A DNA stretch of 64,000 nucleotides from Candidatus Binatia bacterium (GTDB taxonomy: Bacteria; Desulfobacterota; Binatia; UBA9968; JAJDTQ01), in assembly GCA_963666515.2 (NCBI GenBank), contig OY762897.2:1312001-1376000 (forward strand), written 5' to 3'. The notes under the pieces were generated by a model. That model worked only from the letters and a program-made list of their open reading frames with translations. It was not told the origin of the DNA and did no database searches. Below, piece by piece: positions 37,403 through 47,206 of this stretch (positions are counted from its first letter, which is position 1; each line of letters opens with the position of its first letter). The translations under genes were made by a program, and so were the position numbers.

Positions 37403-37651
37403 ATGACCCCCGAGGCGCTGGCGGACAAGATACTGGAGCGGCTCAAGGACGGCCCGCTCCACTTCGAGGACATCCTGCTCCAGTTCAAGGAGGAGCCCTA
37501 CCGGGTGGTCCTGCAGGCCTGGGGACAACTGCGGGAAGCAGGAAGCCTCGGGCGCGAGATCGAAACCGGACGCTACGTCGCCGAGCCCCGTCATTCCGGG
37601 CTTGACCCGGAATCCAGGAGGGGTGGAGCGGGAAGCACTGACGAGGATTGA
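37403..37651 (+). CDS. Small hypothetical (winged-helix-like) protein with a REP-derived C-terminus
   Basis: Fills the operon gap with host-like codon usage; stop overlaps the next start. Confidence 0.7.
   Translation: MTPEALADKILERLKDGPLHFEDILLQFKEEPYRVVLQAWGQLREAGSLGREIETGRYVAEPRHSGLDPESRRGGAGSTDED
37589..37616 (+). repeat. REP-like element (family A) inside a CDS
   Basis: CGTCATTCCGGGCTTGACCCGGAATCCA, translated as RHSGLDPES. Confidence 0.85.
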
Positions 37652-37653
37652 AA

Positions 37654-38418
37654 ATGGCTCCAACATTCGACGGCAAGGTGGTTATCGTCACCGGCGGCGC
37701 CCGCGGCATCGGCCAGGTGTACTCGCAGGAGTTGGCCAAGGCCGGCGCCAGGGTGGTGGTGTCGGACATCCTGGACGGCGAACCCTGCGCTTCCGGGATA
37801 CGCGATCAGGGCGGGGAGGCGTTCTTCGTCAAGGCCGACGTCACCAGCGAGGAGAGCGTCACGGCCCTGGCCGCGGCGGCCCACGGCCGCTACGGACGCA
37901 TCGACGGGCTGGTGAACAACGCGGCGATCTTCGCCGACGTCCGCTACGCTCCGTTCGACGAGATCACGGTGGCCGAGTGGGACCAGGTCATGGACGTGAA
38001 CGTCAAGGGCGTGTGGCTGGCGTCGCGGGCGGTCTACCCGTACATGAAGGAGCAGGGCTCGGGCAAGATCGTCAACATCGCCTCCGGCGTCCCCTTCAAG
38101 GGCATTCCGGTGTACGTCCACTACACGGTGTCCAAGGGCGCGGTGGTGGCGCTCACGCGGACGCTGGCCCGGGGCACCGGAAAGGACGGCATCTGCGTGA
38201 ACGCGGTGGCGCCCGGCCTCACCCGCAGCGAGAGCCTGCTGGCGGTCCGCGGCGGCCTGGTGGACGAGGACGACGTGCCGCAGATCCAGAGCCGCGCCAT
38301 CCCCCGCAGCCAGTATCCCGAGGACATCGTCGGCGCCGTCATGTTTTTCCTCTCCGACGCCGCCAACTTCATCACCGGACAGACGCTACTGGTGGACGGC
38401 GGCTCCTACATGCACTGA
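37654..38418 (+). CDS. SDR family oxidoreductase
   Basis: TGGARGIG, NNAA, YTVSK, VNAVAPG. Confidence 0.95.
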   Translation: MAPTFDGKVVIVTGGARGIGQVYSQELAKAGARVVVSDILDGEPCASGIRDQGGEAFFVKADVTSEESVTALAAAAHGRYGRIDGLVNNAAIFADVRYAPFDEITVAEWDQVMDVNVKGVWLASRAVYPYMKEQGSGKIVNIASGVPFKGIPVYVHYTVSKGAVVALTRTLARGTGKDGICVNAVAPGLTRSESLLAVRGGLVDEDDVPQIQSRAIPRSQYPEDIVGAVMFFLSDAANFITGQTLLVDGGSYMH

Positions 38419-38489
38419 GCGGGCTCCAGGGTGCCACGAGCTTCGGCAATCTCGGGAGGTGCACGAACCGATCTCGAAGGAACGATGCG

Positions 38490-39857
38490 ATGAGTGAATC
38501 ACGCACACTGCCGTACCACGACATGCGCGGCTTGATTGCGCTGCTGGAGTCCGAGGGTCAGCTCCGGCGCATCACCAAGCCGGTGGAGGCCCGCTACCTG
38601 AACACGCTGCTGGCGCAGGCCGACACCGCCCTGCTCATGGAGAACGTCGAGGGTTATTCCATGCCGGTGGTGGGTGGCTTGGTAGGCTCGCGTCAGCGGG
38701 TGGCGCTGGGTTTGGGATGCGACCAGAAGACCCTGGGGCACACGTTCATGGAGGCCCTGGACAATCCCATCCCCGCCGAGGTGGTGGCCGGTGGTACAGC
38801 CCAGGAAGTGGTGAAGATCGGCGACGAGGTGGACCTCACCGAGTTGCCCATTCCGTTCCAGCACCGGAAGGACGGCGGCCCCTACCTCTCCGCCGGCATC
38901 TCGGTATCCAAGGATGCAGCCGGGCGGCGCAACGCCGGTTGCTACCGGCTCATGTACCGGACCCCACGGGAGACCAGCATCGACCTGGTGTCGCCGTCGG
39001 ACATGCGCTTCAGCTACGAGGCGGCCTTGAGGCGCGGCGAGCCGTTGCCCCTCGCCATCGCCTTCGGCACCGGCACGCCGGAGCTGATAGCCGCCGCCTA
39101 CAAGGCGCCGCCCGGCTACGACGAGTTCGCGGTGGCAGGTGCCTTGTACGGCCGCCCCGTGCCGCTGGTCAAGTGCAAGACCGTAGACCTGGAAGTGCCG
39201 GCCGACGCGGAGATCGTCCTGGAAGGGGATATCTCCACCGACGGCTGGACCATCGACGAGGGGCGCTACGGCGACTTCACCGGACATCAGTGCTCCATTC
39301 GCTGGAACCCCGTTTTCAAGGTGAAGGCGGTAACCCACCGCAGGAACCCGATCCTCCACACCATCCTCATGCCCTGGGAGAACGACTGGCTGGAGGCGCC
39401 GCCGCTAGAGGCCGCAGGCTGGCGCGCGCTGCGCGAAGCCAGCGTCAAGACCGTTGCTGTCTACGCCACTCCCGGCAGCGCCTGCTACTGGCACCTCTAC
39501 GCCGCCATCGACAAACGGCCCGGCGAAGGGAAGAACGCCCTGATGGCGCTCATGTCGCTCCACGCGATCAAGCTCGTGGTGGTGACCGACGGCGACGTGG
39601 ACCTCACCGACCCAATGGCGGTGGAGCGGGCCATGGCCTTCCGGGTCCAGCCCGACGAGGACGTCATCATCGTCTCCGGCGCCCGCGGCAAGCACCTGGA
39701 CCCCACCCTCAAAGCCTCCCGGTTGCCCAAGGGCTCACTCCCCACCACCTCCAAGATGGGCATCGACGCCACCATCCCCGACGACGTCGATCCCGCGGAG
39801 TACGAACTGCTGGAGTACCCGTTCATGGACGAGGTGAAGCTGGAAGACTACCTGTAG
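38490..39857 (+). CDS. UbiD family (de)carboxylase
   Basis: DL..LP.P.....DGGPY, N.G.YR, VPA.AE+VLEG, EG..GDF.G, SKMGIDAT; real start at ATG 38490. Confidence 0.93.
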   Translation: MSESRTLPYHDMRGLIALLESEGQLRRITKPVEARYLNTLLAQADTALLMENVEGYSMPVVGGLVGSRQRVALGLGCDQKTLGHTFMEALDNPIPAEVVAGGTAQEVVKIGDEVDLTELPIPFQHRKDGGPYLSAGISVSKDAAGRRNAGCYRLMYRTPRETSIDLVSPSDMRFSYEAALRRGEPLPLAIAFGTGTPELIAAAYKAPPGYDEFAVAGALYGRPVPLVKCKTVDLEVPADAEIVLEGDISTDGWTIDEGRYGDFTGHQCSIRWNPVFKVKAVTHRRNPILHTILMPWENDWLEAPPLEAAGWRALREASVKTVAVYATPGSACYWHLYAAIDKRPGEGKNALMALMSLHAIKLVVVTDGDVDLTDPMAVERAMAFRVQPDEDVIIVSGARGKHLDPTLKASRLPKGSLPTTSKMGIDATIPDDVDPAEYELLEYPFMDEVKLEDYL

Positions 39858-39866
39858 CGTGTAGTG

Positions 39867-40253
39867 TCAGAATATCTCGATATCCCGGCACCGGGATAGC
39901 AGTCGGTCCAACGTCACCAACTTGAGGTCATAGACCTTGGCGGTCGCTGCAATGAAGCGGTCTGCCGGGTCCTCGTGCGGCAACGCGATGGTCCGGCTTG
40001 TCAGGGCGACATCGAATGTCAGCGGGGCTTCAGTGACCGGGACGGCGTCTCTCGCGTCACGCACCCATGCTTGCGGGTCCACATCCATCTCGATGCGTCC
40101 GCGCTCGGCCAGGAGAAGCGTTTCCCAATAGCTGATAGGCGAGAGCCAAAGCTCGTTCTCACGGGATGCAAGAGCGGTTCTCGTGCGCTCAGAGAGTCTT
40201 GTCGGGTCCAGAATGCTCCACAGCCAGACGTGGGTATCGAGTAGCAGTTTCAT
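39867..40253 (-). CDS. vapC: PIN-domain toxin
   Basis: MKLLLDTH..LW, S.IS.WE, H.DP.DR...ATA, LVT.D. Confidence 0.93.
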   Translation of the reverse strand: MKLLLDTHVWLWSILDPTRLSERTRTALASRENELWLSPISYWETLLLAERGRIEMDVDPQAWVRDARDAVPVTEAPLTFDVALTSRTIALPHEDPADRFIAATAKVYDLKLVTLDRLLSRCRDIEIF

Positions 40254-40507
40254 CGGACCTTGGGGTCGGGTCTGAGGACTTCCCAATCCGAAATGTCCGC
40301 TGCCGGTTCCATGATGTCGCCGACGATGCGTCCTCGGCCCTTCATGCAGCCGAGCCAACCCTCACGACGGTCCGGGGGCGGGGGTGGGACGATTTGCGCC
40401 ACAGGTTTGCCGAACCGCGTTACCAACACCGGCTTGTGTGTCTTGCCGACTCGGTCAAGCACGGCGAGACAGGTGGCCTTGAACTTGGATATCTGTATTT
40501 CTTCCAT
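40250..40507 (-). CDS. Phd/YefM family antitoxin
   Basis: ISKFKA.CL.+LD.V, +T+.GKPVA.+VP; overlaps the toxin start. Confidence 0.92.
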   Translation of the reverse strand: MEEIQISKFKATCLAVLDRVGKTHKPVLVTRFGKPVAQIVPPPPPDRREGWLGCMKGRGRIVGDIMEPAADISDWEVLRPDPKVR

Positions 40508-40570
40508 TTCTCCGCAGACTAACATAGTCAATCTGAATGGTCCAACTTTTCCAGGCTAAGGATTCCGCGC

Positions 40571-41380
40571 TTGGCGCCGATTCTTTCCTGTGTGAGCAAG
40601 CCGCATCAGCTCGACTATCACGTTACCGGGAGATGGGCCCGACGGCTGCTGGAGGCCGCGCTGGACCTGGTCTTTCCGCCCTGCTGCATGGCCTGCGAAC
40701 GGTGCCTTCCATCGGAGTCCCACGGCGCCTTTTGCAGCCCCTGTGGCGACGGCATCCGACCCGTCCGGCCGCCGTTTTGCCGGCGGTGCGGGCTGCCGTA
40801 CCTGCATGAATGGCAGGGCGACCACCTGTGCGGCGGGTGCCTGCTTCGGCCGCCGCACTTCTCCATGGCGCGGAGTTGGGCGTGCTATCCGCGCGAATCG
40901 GACACCTCGCATCCGTTGCGGCAGGTGGTCCACAGGTTCAAGTACGGCCGGCAGGCGTCCCTGGGTACGCCCCTCGGCCGGCTCGTGGCGCGCGCGTGCC
41001 GGCCGTGGTTCCGGGCGTCGTACTTGAACCTCATCGTTCCGGTCCCGCTGCATCCGCGGCGGCTGCGCTGGCGCGGTTTCAATCAGTCCGTGCTGCTGGG
41101 GCGGGAAGTCGGCCGCGCATGGGGGATTCCGCTGGACCCCTTCGTCCTCACCCGGAGGACGGAGACGGTGCCTCAGAGCACCTTGACCCTGAAGGAACGC
41201 CGGCCCAACGTGAACGGCGCCTTCTCCGTCGCCCCGCGCCGGACGGTGGAGAAGATGCGGCTGCTTCTCGTCGACGACGTCTACACTTCGGGAGCCACGG
41301 TCAACGAGTGCGCCCGTGTCCTGCTGCGTTCCGGTGCGCGGGAGGTGCAGGTGCTCACGCTGGCGCGCACGGTCTCCTGA
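40571..41380 (+). CDS. comF: ComF family competence protein (start uncertain)
   Basis: Double Zn-ribbon CxxC, VPVPLH..R...RGFNQ, LLVDDV.T.GAT. Confidence 0.92.
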   Translation: MAPILSCVSKPHQLDYHVTGRWARRLLEAALDLVFPPCCMACERCLPSESHGAFCSPCGDGIRPVRPPFCRRCGLPYLHEWQGDHLCGGCLLRPPHFSMARSWACYPRESDTSHPLRQVVHRFKYGRQASLGTPLGRLVARACRPWFRASYLNLIVPVPLHPRRLRWRGFNQSVLLGREVGRAWGIPLDPFVLTRRTETVPQSTLTLKERRPNVNGAFSVAPRRTVEKMRLLLVDDVYTSGATVNECARVLLRSGAREVQVLTLARTVS

Positions 41381-41443
41381 ATCCGGCGGTCCCTGTGGCG
41401 ATCCAAGGGCCGTGTTCCGGTCAGGCCCGAATGACGGGTCCGG

Positions 41444-42793
41444 CTACCGCCGGCTCAACGTCACGGCTATCCCGTAGCGCGGCTTCAGGGTGACCTTGGC
41501 CATGGTCTCGACGGGATGGTCGGGGACGATGTGCACCTTGAAGCGCTGGAGGATCTGCGCCAGCACCAACTGGATTTCGAGCATGGCCATGCCGGCGCCG
41601 ATGCAGGTGCGGGGTCCGGCGGCGAAGGGCAGATAGGAGTAGGGGTGGCGGCCTTCGCCGCGGTTCGGCCGGAACCGCTCGGGGTCGAAACGTTCCGGGT
41701 CGGGCCAGAACTCCGGGTGCCGGTGCAGCGCATACGGCACGACGGTGACATAGGCGTTGGCGGGCAGCAGGTACCCGTTAAACCGTTCCTCCGCTTCCAC
41801 CCGCCGCGAGTAGCCCCACACCGGCGGATAGATGCGCATGGACTCCTGCACCACCTGCTTGAGGTAGGGAAGCCGCGGAAGGTCGCCGGCCGTGGCGGGC
41901 GCGCCGTTCAGGGCCGCGGTCAGGGTTTCGGTCAGCGTCTCCTCCACGTCGGGGTGGGTGCCCAGCAGGTACAGGGTCCACGCCAGCGCGTTGGCCGACG
42001 TTTCGTGTCCGGCCAGCATCAGCGTCACCACCTCGTCGCGCACCTGTCTTTCGTCGATGCCTTCCCCGCCCTCTTCGTCATGCGCGCGGATCAGGCAGTC
42101 GAGGAGGTCGTCGTCGCCCACGCCGCGGCGCCGGCGCGCCTCGATCAGCCGGTACACGATACGGTCGAGACGGCTCACCGCGCGTCTCCACTTGAGGTTG
42201 TGGGGCGTGGGTATCCAGGAAAAGAGCGTCAGCAGCGCGCGGGTCTCCAGCGGGTACAGGTTGACCCGTTCGAGGATATCCGCGACTTCACCGGCGTCGC
42301 GGTCGAGGTCGCTGCCGAACAGGGTCGCGCCGACGATGCCGAGCGTCAACCGGCTCATTTCGCGCTCGACCCGGAAAGCCTCGCCGCCGACCCGTCCGTC
42401 CCACTCATCCATCAGGGAAGACGTGAGAGCGTTGATCCTCTCGTCGAAGCCGTTGACGCGACGGTTGCCGAAGAAGGGTTGAATGAGGCCGCGCTGCCGG
42501 ACCCAGTGGGGACCGTCGCTGGTTACCAGCCCGTTTCCCATGCTCCCCTTCAGCACCCGGTAATCGACGATGCGCTTGGAAAAATGCCGGTAGTCCTGCG
42601 ACAGCACCGGGCGTATGAAATCAGGGTGGTTGACCAGGTAGATGTCGTGGAATCCACGCCAGCGCACGAAGTCCCCGTGCGCCCGGAGCAACCCGTAGAG
42701 CACCCGGTGCGGCTCCGTCCCCAGGCGCCGGAACTGATGGAACCGGGGGGTTGAAGGCGGCGCCGTGGGCGGCCCGTTTCGGTTGCCGTTCAT
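41444..42793 (-). CDS. Cytochrome P450
   Basis: AGHETS I-helix, ESMR, FDPERF, FAAGPRTCIG haem ligand. Confidence 0.97.
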   Translation of the reverse strand: MNGNRNGPPTAPPSTPRFHQFRRLGTEPHRVLYGLLRAHGDFVRWRGFHDIYLVNHPDFIRPVLSQDYRHFSKRIVDYRVLKGSMGNGLVTSDGPHWVRQRGLIQPFFGNRRVNGFDERINALTSSLMDEWDGRVGGEAFRVEREMSRLTLGIVGATLFGSDLDRDAGEVADILERVNLYPLETRALLTLFSWIPTPHNLKWRRAVSRLDRIVYRLIEARRRRGVGDDDLLDCLIRAHDEEGGEGIDERQVRDEVVTLMLAGHETSANALAWTLYLLGTHPDVEETLTETLTAALNGAPATAGDLPRLPYLKQVVQESMRIYPPVWGYSRRVEAEERFNGYLLPANAYVTVVPYALHRHPEFWPDPERFDPERFRPNRGEGRHPYSYLPFAAGPRTCIGAGMAMLEIQLVLAQILQRFKVHIVPDHPVETMAKVTLKPRYGIAVTLSRR

Positions 42794-42939
42794 GACGCCT
42801 TCACTCTACGCCCGATGCATGGAATCATCAAACCGGACCGGTCCGTGCCGACTTGCACTATGACGCATTTCCGATAAAAGAGGGGGAACGACCGTGCCCA
42901 TGCCGAACCCGTCCGCGCCGTGATCGAGAGGATGCTTTG

Positions 42940-43542
42940 ATGGCCGAATATCCCGTGGAGCCCTTGACCCACGCCGAGCCGGCAACCGCCAGGAAAACCT
43001 ACATCGACGCTCAATCCCTGCTGGAAGACTCGTTCCGCCTCGGCATGCAGATCCTGGAAAGCGGCTTCCGTCCGAGCTTCATCGTCGGCATCTGGCGCGG
43101 CGGCACGCCGGTGGGCATCGCGGTGCAGGAACTGCTGGACTACTTCGGCATCGAGACCGACCACATCGCCATCCGCACCTCCTTCTACAAGGGCATCGGA
43201 CGCACGGGTTCGCGCATCCGCGTGCACGGCATGCAGTACATCATCGACAACGTCGAGGCGGACCAGGGGCTCCTGATCGTCGATGACGTGTTCGACACCG
43301 GTCTCAGCATCGAGGCGGTGCTCTCGCACCTGAAACGCAAGTCCCGCCGCAACACGCCGGCGGACACCCGCGTGGCCACCGTCTACTACAAGCCGGACAA
43401 CAACCGCACCGGCCGCGAACCCGACTACTACGTGCACGAGACCGATCACTGGCTGGTCTTCCCCCACGAACTGCACGGCCTCACGCGGGACGAAATCATC
43501 GAGCACAAGCTGGGAATCGGACCCTTCGCGCCGCGCCTGTGA
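42940..43542 (+). CDS. Purine phosphoribosyltransferase family protein
   Basis: WRGG, LLIVDDVFDTG, W+VFPHE; adjacent to a purine-type ABC transporter. Confidence 0.9.
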   Translation: MAEYPVEPLTHAEPATARKTYIDAQSLLEDSFRLGMQILESGFRPSFIVGIWRGGTPVGIAVQELLDYFGIETDHIAIRTSFYKGIGRTGSRIRVHGMQYIIDNVEADQGLLIVDDVFDTGLSIEAVLSHLKRKSRRNTPADTRVATVYYKPDNNRTGREPDYYVHETDHWLVFPHELHGLTRDEIIEHKLGIGPFAPRL

Positions 43543-43558
43543 GCCGCGCGCGGCATCC

Positions 43559-45115
43559 ATGGAGATGATGGACGACGGCGGCTATCTCCTCGAAGCCGAG
43601 GACATCGTCAAGCGCTTCGGCCATTTCACCGCCAACGACCGGGTGACCCTGAGGCTCCGGCCCGGGGAGATACACGCCCTGCTGGGCGAGAACGGCGCCG
43701 GCAAGTCCACGCTGGTCAAGATCATCTACGGCTCGTTGCAGCCCACCGCCGGCCGCCTCCGCTGGCGCGGCGAGACCGTCACCGTGCCGGACCCGTGGTC
43801 GGCCCGGCAGCTCGGCATCGGCATGGTCTTCCAGCATTTCTCGCTCTTCGAGGCGCTGACCGTGGTGGAGAACATCGCCCTGGCGGTGCCGGGCCCGTTC
43901 GACCGGCGGGCGCTGGCCCGGCGGGTCGAGAGGGTGTCCGCGGAGTACGGACTGCCGCTGGAGCCGGCCGCGTTGGTGGCGGACCTGCCGGTGGGCGTGC
44001 GCCAGCGCATCGAGGTGGTGCGCTGCCTGCTCCAGGAGCCGCGCCTGCTGATCATGGACGAGCCCACCGCGGTGCTCACCCCTCAGGAGGCCCGGCAACT
44101 CTTCGTCACCCTGAGGCGGCTGGCGGAGGGCGGCTGCGCGGTCCTGTACATCTCGCATCGACTGGAGGAGGTGAGGGAACTCTGCCATCGCGCCACCATC
44201 CTGCGCCGCGGCGGGGTGGTGGCCGAGGTCGATCCCGGGGCCGAGACCGCAACCTCGCTGGCGCGGCTCATGGTGGGCGCGGACGTGCAGTCGGTGAACG
44301 CCGGGGGCCGTGACGCCGCCGGAGCCCCGGCCCTCACGGTCCATGACCTCTCCCTCCCGGCGCCGGGCACCTTCGGGGTGCCGTTGCGCAACGTCTCCCT
44401 GGAGGTCCGCAGCGGCGAGGTGACCGCGGTGGCTGGCGTCGCCGGCAACGGCCAGTCCGAGCTGTTCGACGTGCTGTCCGGCGAACGGCGGGCGCCCACG
44501 CCGGAATCCGTCGTCATCGCCGGGCAGCCGTGCGGCGTCCGGGACATCACCGAGCGCCGGCGCCTGGGCGCCGCCTTCGTGCCCGAGGAACGGCTGGGGC
44601 ACAGCGCGGTGCCCGGCTTCAGGTTGTCGGAGAACGTGCTCCTCACGCGCCACGCCTCCGGCGACGATCTCGTGCGCACCGGCTTCATCAACGGAGGCCG
44701 CACCCGGGCGCTGGCGGCCCGGGTCACCCGGCGTTTCGACGTGCGCGCCGGGCGTGAGGACCAGGAAGCCAACGCGCTCTCCGGCGGCAATCTGCAGAAG
44801 TTCGTGGTGGGACGCGAGCTGGACCGGAACCCCCGGGTCCTGGTCGTCAACCAGCCCACTTGGGGGGTGGACGCGGGCGCCGCGGCGCTCATCCGGCAGG
44901 CGCTGGTGGACCGCGCCCGGGACGGCGCTGCGGTGCTGGTCATCAGCCAGGACCTCGACGAGATATTCGAGATCGCCGACCGCATCGCGGTGATCTCACG
45001 CGGTTCCCTGTCCGACACCTATGCCACAGACGCCATCGACCGGGAACGCGTCGGCATGCTCATGGCCGGCGCCGCCGAGACCGGCACGGCGCCGGACGGG
45101 GAAGCGCGGGCGTGA
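43559..45115 (+). CDS. ABC transporter ATP-binding protein (nucleoside/purine, two domains)
   Basis: GENGAGKST, DEPTAVLTPQE, GVAGNGQ, LSGGNLQK. Confidence 0.95.
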   Translation: MEMMDDGGYLLEAEDIVKRFGHFTANDRVTLRLRPGEIHALLGENGAGKSTLVKIIYGSLQPTAGRLRWRGETVTVPDPWSARQLGIGMVFQHFSLFEALTVVENIALAVPGPFDRRALARRVERVSAEYGLPLEPAALVADLPVGVRQRIEVVRCLLQEPRLLIMDEPTAVLTPQEARQLFVTLRRLAEGGCAVLYISHRLEEVRELCHRATILRRGGVVAEVDPGAETATSLARLMVGADVQSVNAGGRDAAGAPALTVHDLSLPAPGTFGVPLRNVSLEVRSGEVTAVAGVAGNGQSELFDVLSGERRAPTPESVVIAGQPCGVRDITERRRLGAAFVPEERLGHSAVPGFRLSENVLLTRHASGDDLVRTGFINGGRTRALAARVTRRFDVRAGREDQEANALSGGNLQKFVVGRELDRNPRVLVVNQPTWGVDAGAAALIRQALVDRARDGAAVLVISQDLDEIFEIADRIAVISRGSLSDTYATDAIDRERVGMLMAGAAETGTAPDGEARA

Positions 45116-46254
45116 GGCTGGTGCTGGAGAAACGGCCGGAGCGGAGCCGGGCCATGCAGGCGGCCTCGCCGCTCCTCGCCGTGGCCCTCACCGTTGTCTT
45201 CGGCAGCATCCTTTTCGCCGCCCGCGGCTTCGACCCGCTGCACGCCAACTACGTCTACTTCATCGGACCGCTGACCACCCTGTGGTCGGTGGAGGAGCTG
45301 ATCGTCAAGGCCACGCCGCTGGTGTTGATCGGCGCCGGTCTGGCCATCTGCTTCCGCGCGGACCTCTGGAACATCGGCGCGGAAGGGCAGCTCATCGCGG
45401 GCGCGCTGGCCGGCGCCTCCATCCCCATCCTGGCGCCCCAGTGGGACTCGGCTCTGGCCATTCCTGCGATGCTCGTCCTGGGCATGCTCGGCGGCATGGC
45501 CTGGGCCGCGGCGCCGGCGCTCCTGCGAAACCGCTTCGGCGCCAACGAAATCCTCACCAGCCTGATGCTGGTGTACGTGGCCCAGTACCTGCTGGACTGG
45601 CTGGTGCGCGGCCCGTGGCGCGACCCCCAGGGCTTCAACTTCCCCAAGTCCATCAGCTTCAACGACTGGCATCTGCTGGCCACCTTCGGCGACGGGCGGG
45701 TCCATCTCGGCGCGGTCTTCGCGGTGGTCGTGGTGCTGGTGCTGGCCGTGTTCATGTCGCGGACCCTCATGGGCTTCGAGATACGGGTGAGGGGGGAGGC
45801 GCCGCGGGCCGGCGGCTTCGGCGGCTTCTCGCAGAAGGGGACCACGTGGCTCTGTTTCGGCATCTCCGGTGCCCTGGCGGGCTTGGCGGGTATCTGCGAG
45901 GTGGCGGGCCCGGTGGGGCAGCTCCAGCCCACCATCTCGCCGGGCTACGGCTTCACCGCCATCATCGTGGCCTTCCTCGGACGGCTGAACCCGCTGGGCG
46001 CGCTGCTGGGCGGACTGGTCCTGGCCATCTGCTACCTGGGCGGCGAGGCCGCGCAGGTGGAGCTGTCCATCTCCGAGAAGACCGCGCAGGTCTTCCAGGG
46101 CATGCTGCTCTTCTTCATCCTCACCTGCGACACGCTGATCCGCTGCCGGGTGCGGCTGGAGCGGACGACCCGGAGCCCCGCGCACGCGCGCGCATCCAGG
46201 GGCATCGGCGACGCGGCCTCCGGCGCGGCGGGCGTCCGGGGGGCCGTGCCATGA
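45112..46254 (+). CDS. ABC transporter permease
   Basis: WNIGAEGQ, ANEIL.SLML, GYGF.AI+VAFLGR; GTG overlaps the upstream stop. Confidence 0.92.
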   Translation: MRLVLEKRPERSRAMQAASPLLAVALTVVFGSILFAARGFDPLHANYVYFIGPLTTLWSVEELIVKATPLVLIGAGLAICFRADLWNIGAEGQLIAGALAGASIPILAPQWDSALAIPAMLVLGMLGGMAWAAAPALLRNRFGANEILTSLMLVYVAQYLLDWLVRGPWRDPQGFNFPKSISFNDWHLLATFGDGRVHLGAVFAVVVVLVLAVFMSRTLMGFEIRVRGEAPRAGGFGGFSQKGTTWLCFGISGALAGLAGICEVAGPVGQLQPTISPGYGFTAIIVAFLGRLNPLGALLGGLVLAICYLGGEAAQVELSISEKTAQVFQGMLLFFILTCDTLIRCRVRLERTTRSPAHARASRGIGDAASGAAGVRGAVP

Positions 46255-47171
46255 GCGCGCTGGAAGCGGTCCTGCTCACCATCATCACCGCATCGACACC
46301 GCTGCTCCTGGCCGCGGTGGGCGAGCTGGTGACGGAACGTTCCGGCGTCCTCAACCTCGGGGTCGAGGGCATGATGATCATGGGCGCGGTGACGGGCTTC
46401 GCCGCCGCCTACACCACCGGGTCGGCCGCGGTCGGCGTGGCCGCGGCCGTCGGCGCCGGCATCGCCATGGCCCTGCTGTTCGCCTTTCTCACCCAGACCC
46501 TGGCGGCCAACCAGATGGCCACGGGGCTCGCCCTGACCCTGTTCGGAATCGGCCTCTCCGGGCTCACCGGCCAGCCCTTCACCGGGCTCCCAGGCGTCAA
46601 GCTCGGCGCCATCCACGTGCCGGGGCTGAGCGGCCTGCCGCTGGCCGGCCCGGTGCTGTTCAGCCAGGACGTGCTGGTGTACGCCTCCGTGGCAATTACC
46701 GTAGCGGTCGCCTGGATGTTCGCCCGAACCCGCATCGGGCTGGTGATTCGCGCCGTCGGCAGCAACCATCATTCCGCCCACGCCCTGGGCTACAACGTGG
46801 CCGCGGTGCGTTACGGCTGCATCGCCTTCGGCGGAGCCTGCGCTGGGCTGGCCGGAGCCTACCTGTCGCTGGCGTACACGCCGCAGTGGATCGAGAATAT
46901 GACCGCGGGACGGGGCTGGATCGCGCTGGCGCTGGTGGTGTTCGCCACCTGGACGCCCGGCCGGGTAGCCGCCGGCGCCTACCTGTTCGGCGCCGTATGG
47001 ATCATGGGGCTCTACGCCCAGGGCATCGGGGTGAACATTCCGCCCCAGTTCCTGGCGGCCCTGCCGTACCTGGTGACCATCGCCGCGCTGCTGGCCATCT
47101 CGGGCAATCGAATCTTGACGAAAGTCAACACACCTGCTTGTATCGGTCAAACGTTCGTGCCGGACCGGTAG
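46251..47171 (+). CDS. ABC transporter permease
   Basis: GE...ERSGVLNLG.EGMM, AGRGWIALALV.F, LPYL.T. Confidence 0.93.
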   Translation: MSALEAVLLTIITASTPLLLAAVGELVTERSGVLNLGVEGMMIMGAVTGFAAAYTTGSAAVGVAAAVGAGIAMALLFAFLTQTLAANQMATGLALTLFGIGLSGLTGQPFTGLPGVKLGAIHVPGLSGLPLAGPVLFSQDVLVYASVAITVAVAWMFARTRIGLVIRAVGSNHHSAHALGYNVAAVRYGCIAFGGACAGLAGAYLSLAYTPQWIENMTAGRGWIALALVVFATWTPGRVAAGAYLFGAVWIMGLYAQGIGVNIPPQFLAALPYLVTIAALLAISGNRILTKVNTPACIGQTFVPDR

Positions 47172-47206
47172 ACCGCGGCCGGCGCCACCCACCGAAGGAG
47201 GAAGAA

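Noticed and set aside
37602-39857. Apparent 751-aa UbiD fusion
   Set aside because: The first ~296 aa are an off-frame read across the SDR gene; UbiD starts at 38490. The same artefact affects ORFs 15282, 25187..26356, 44860, 45021 and 46886.
39867-40507. Phd-VapC module as a novelty
   Set aside because: Ordinary type II toxin-antitoxin pair.
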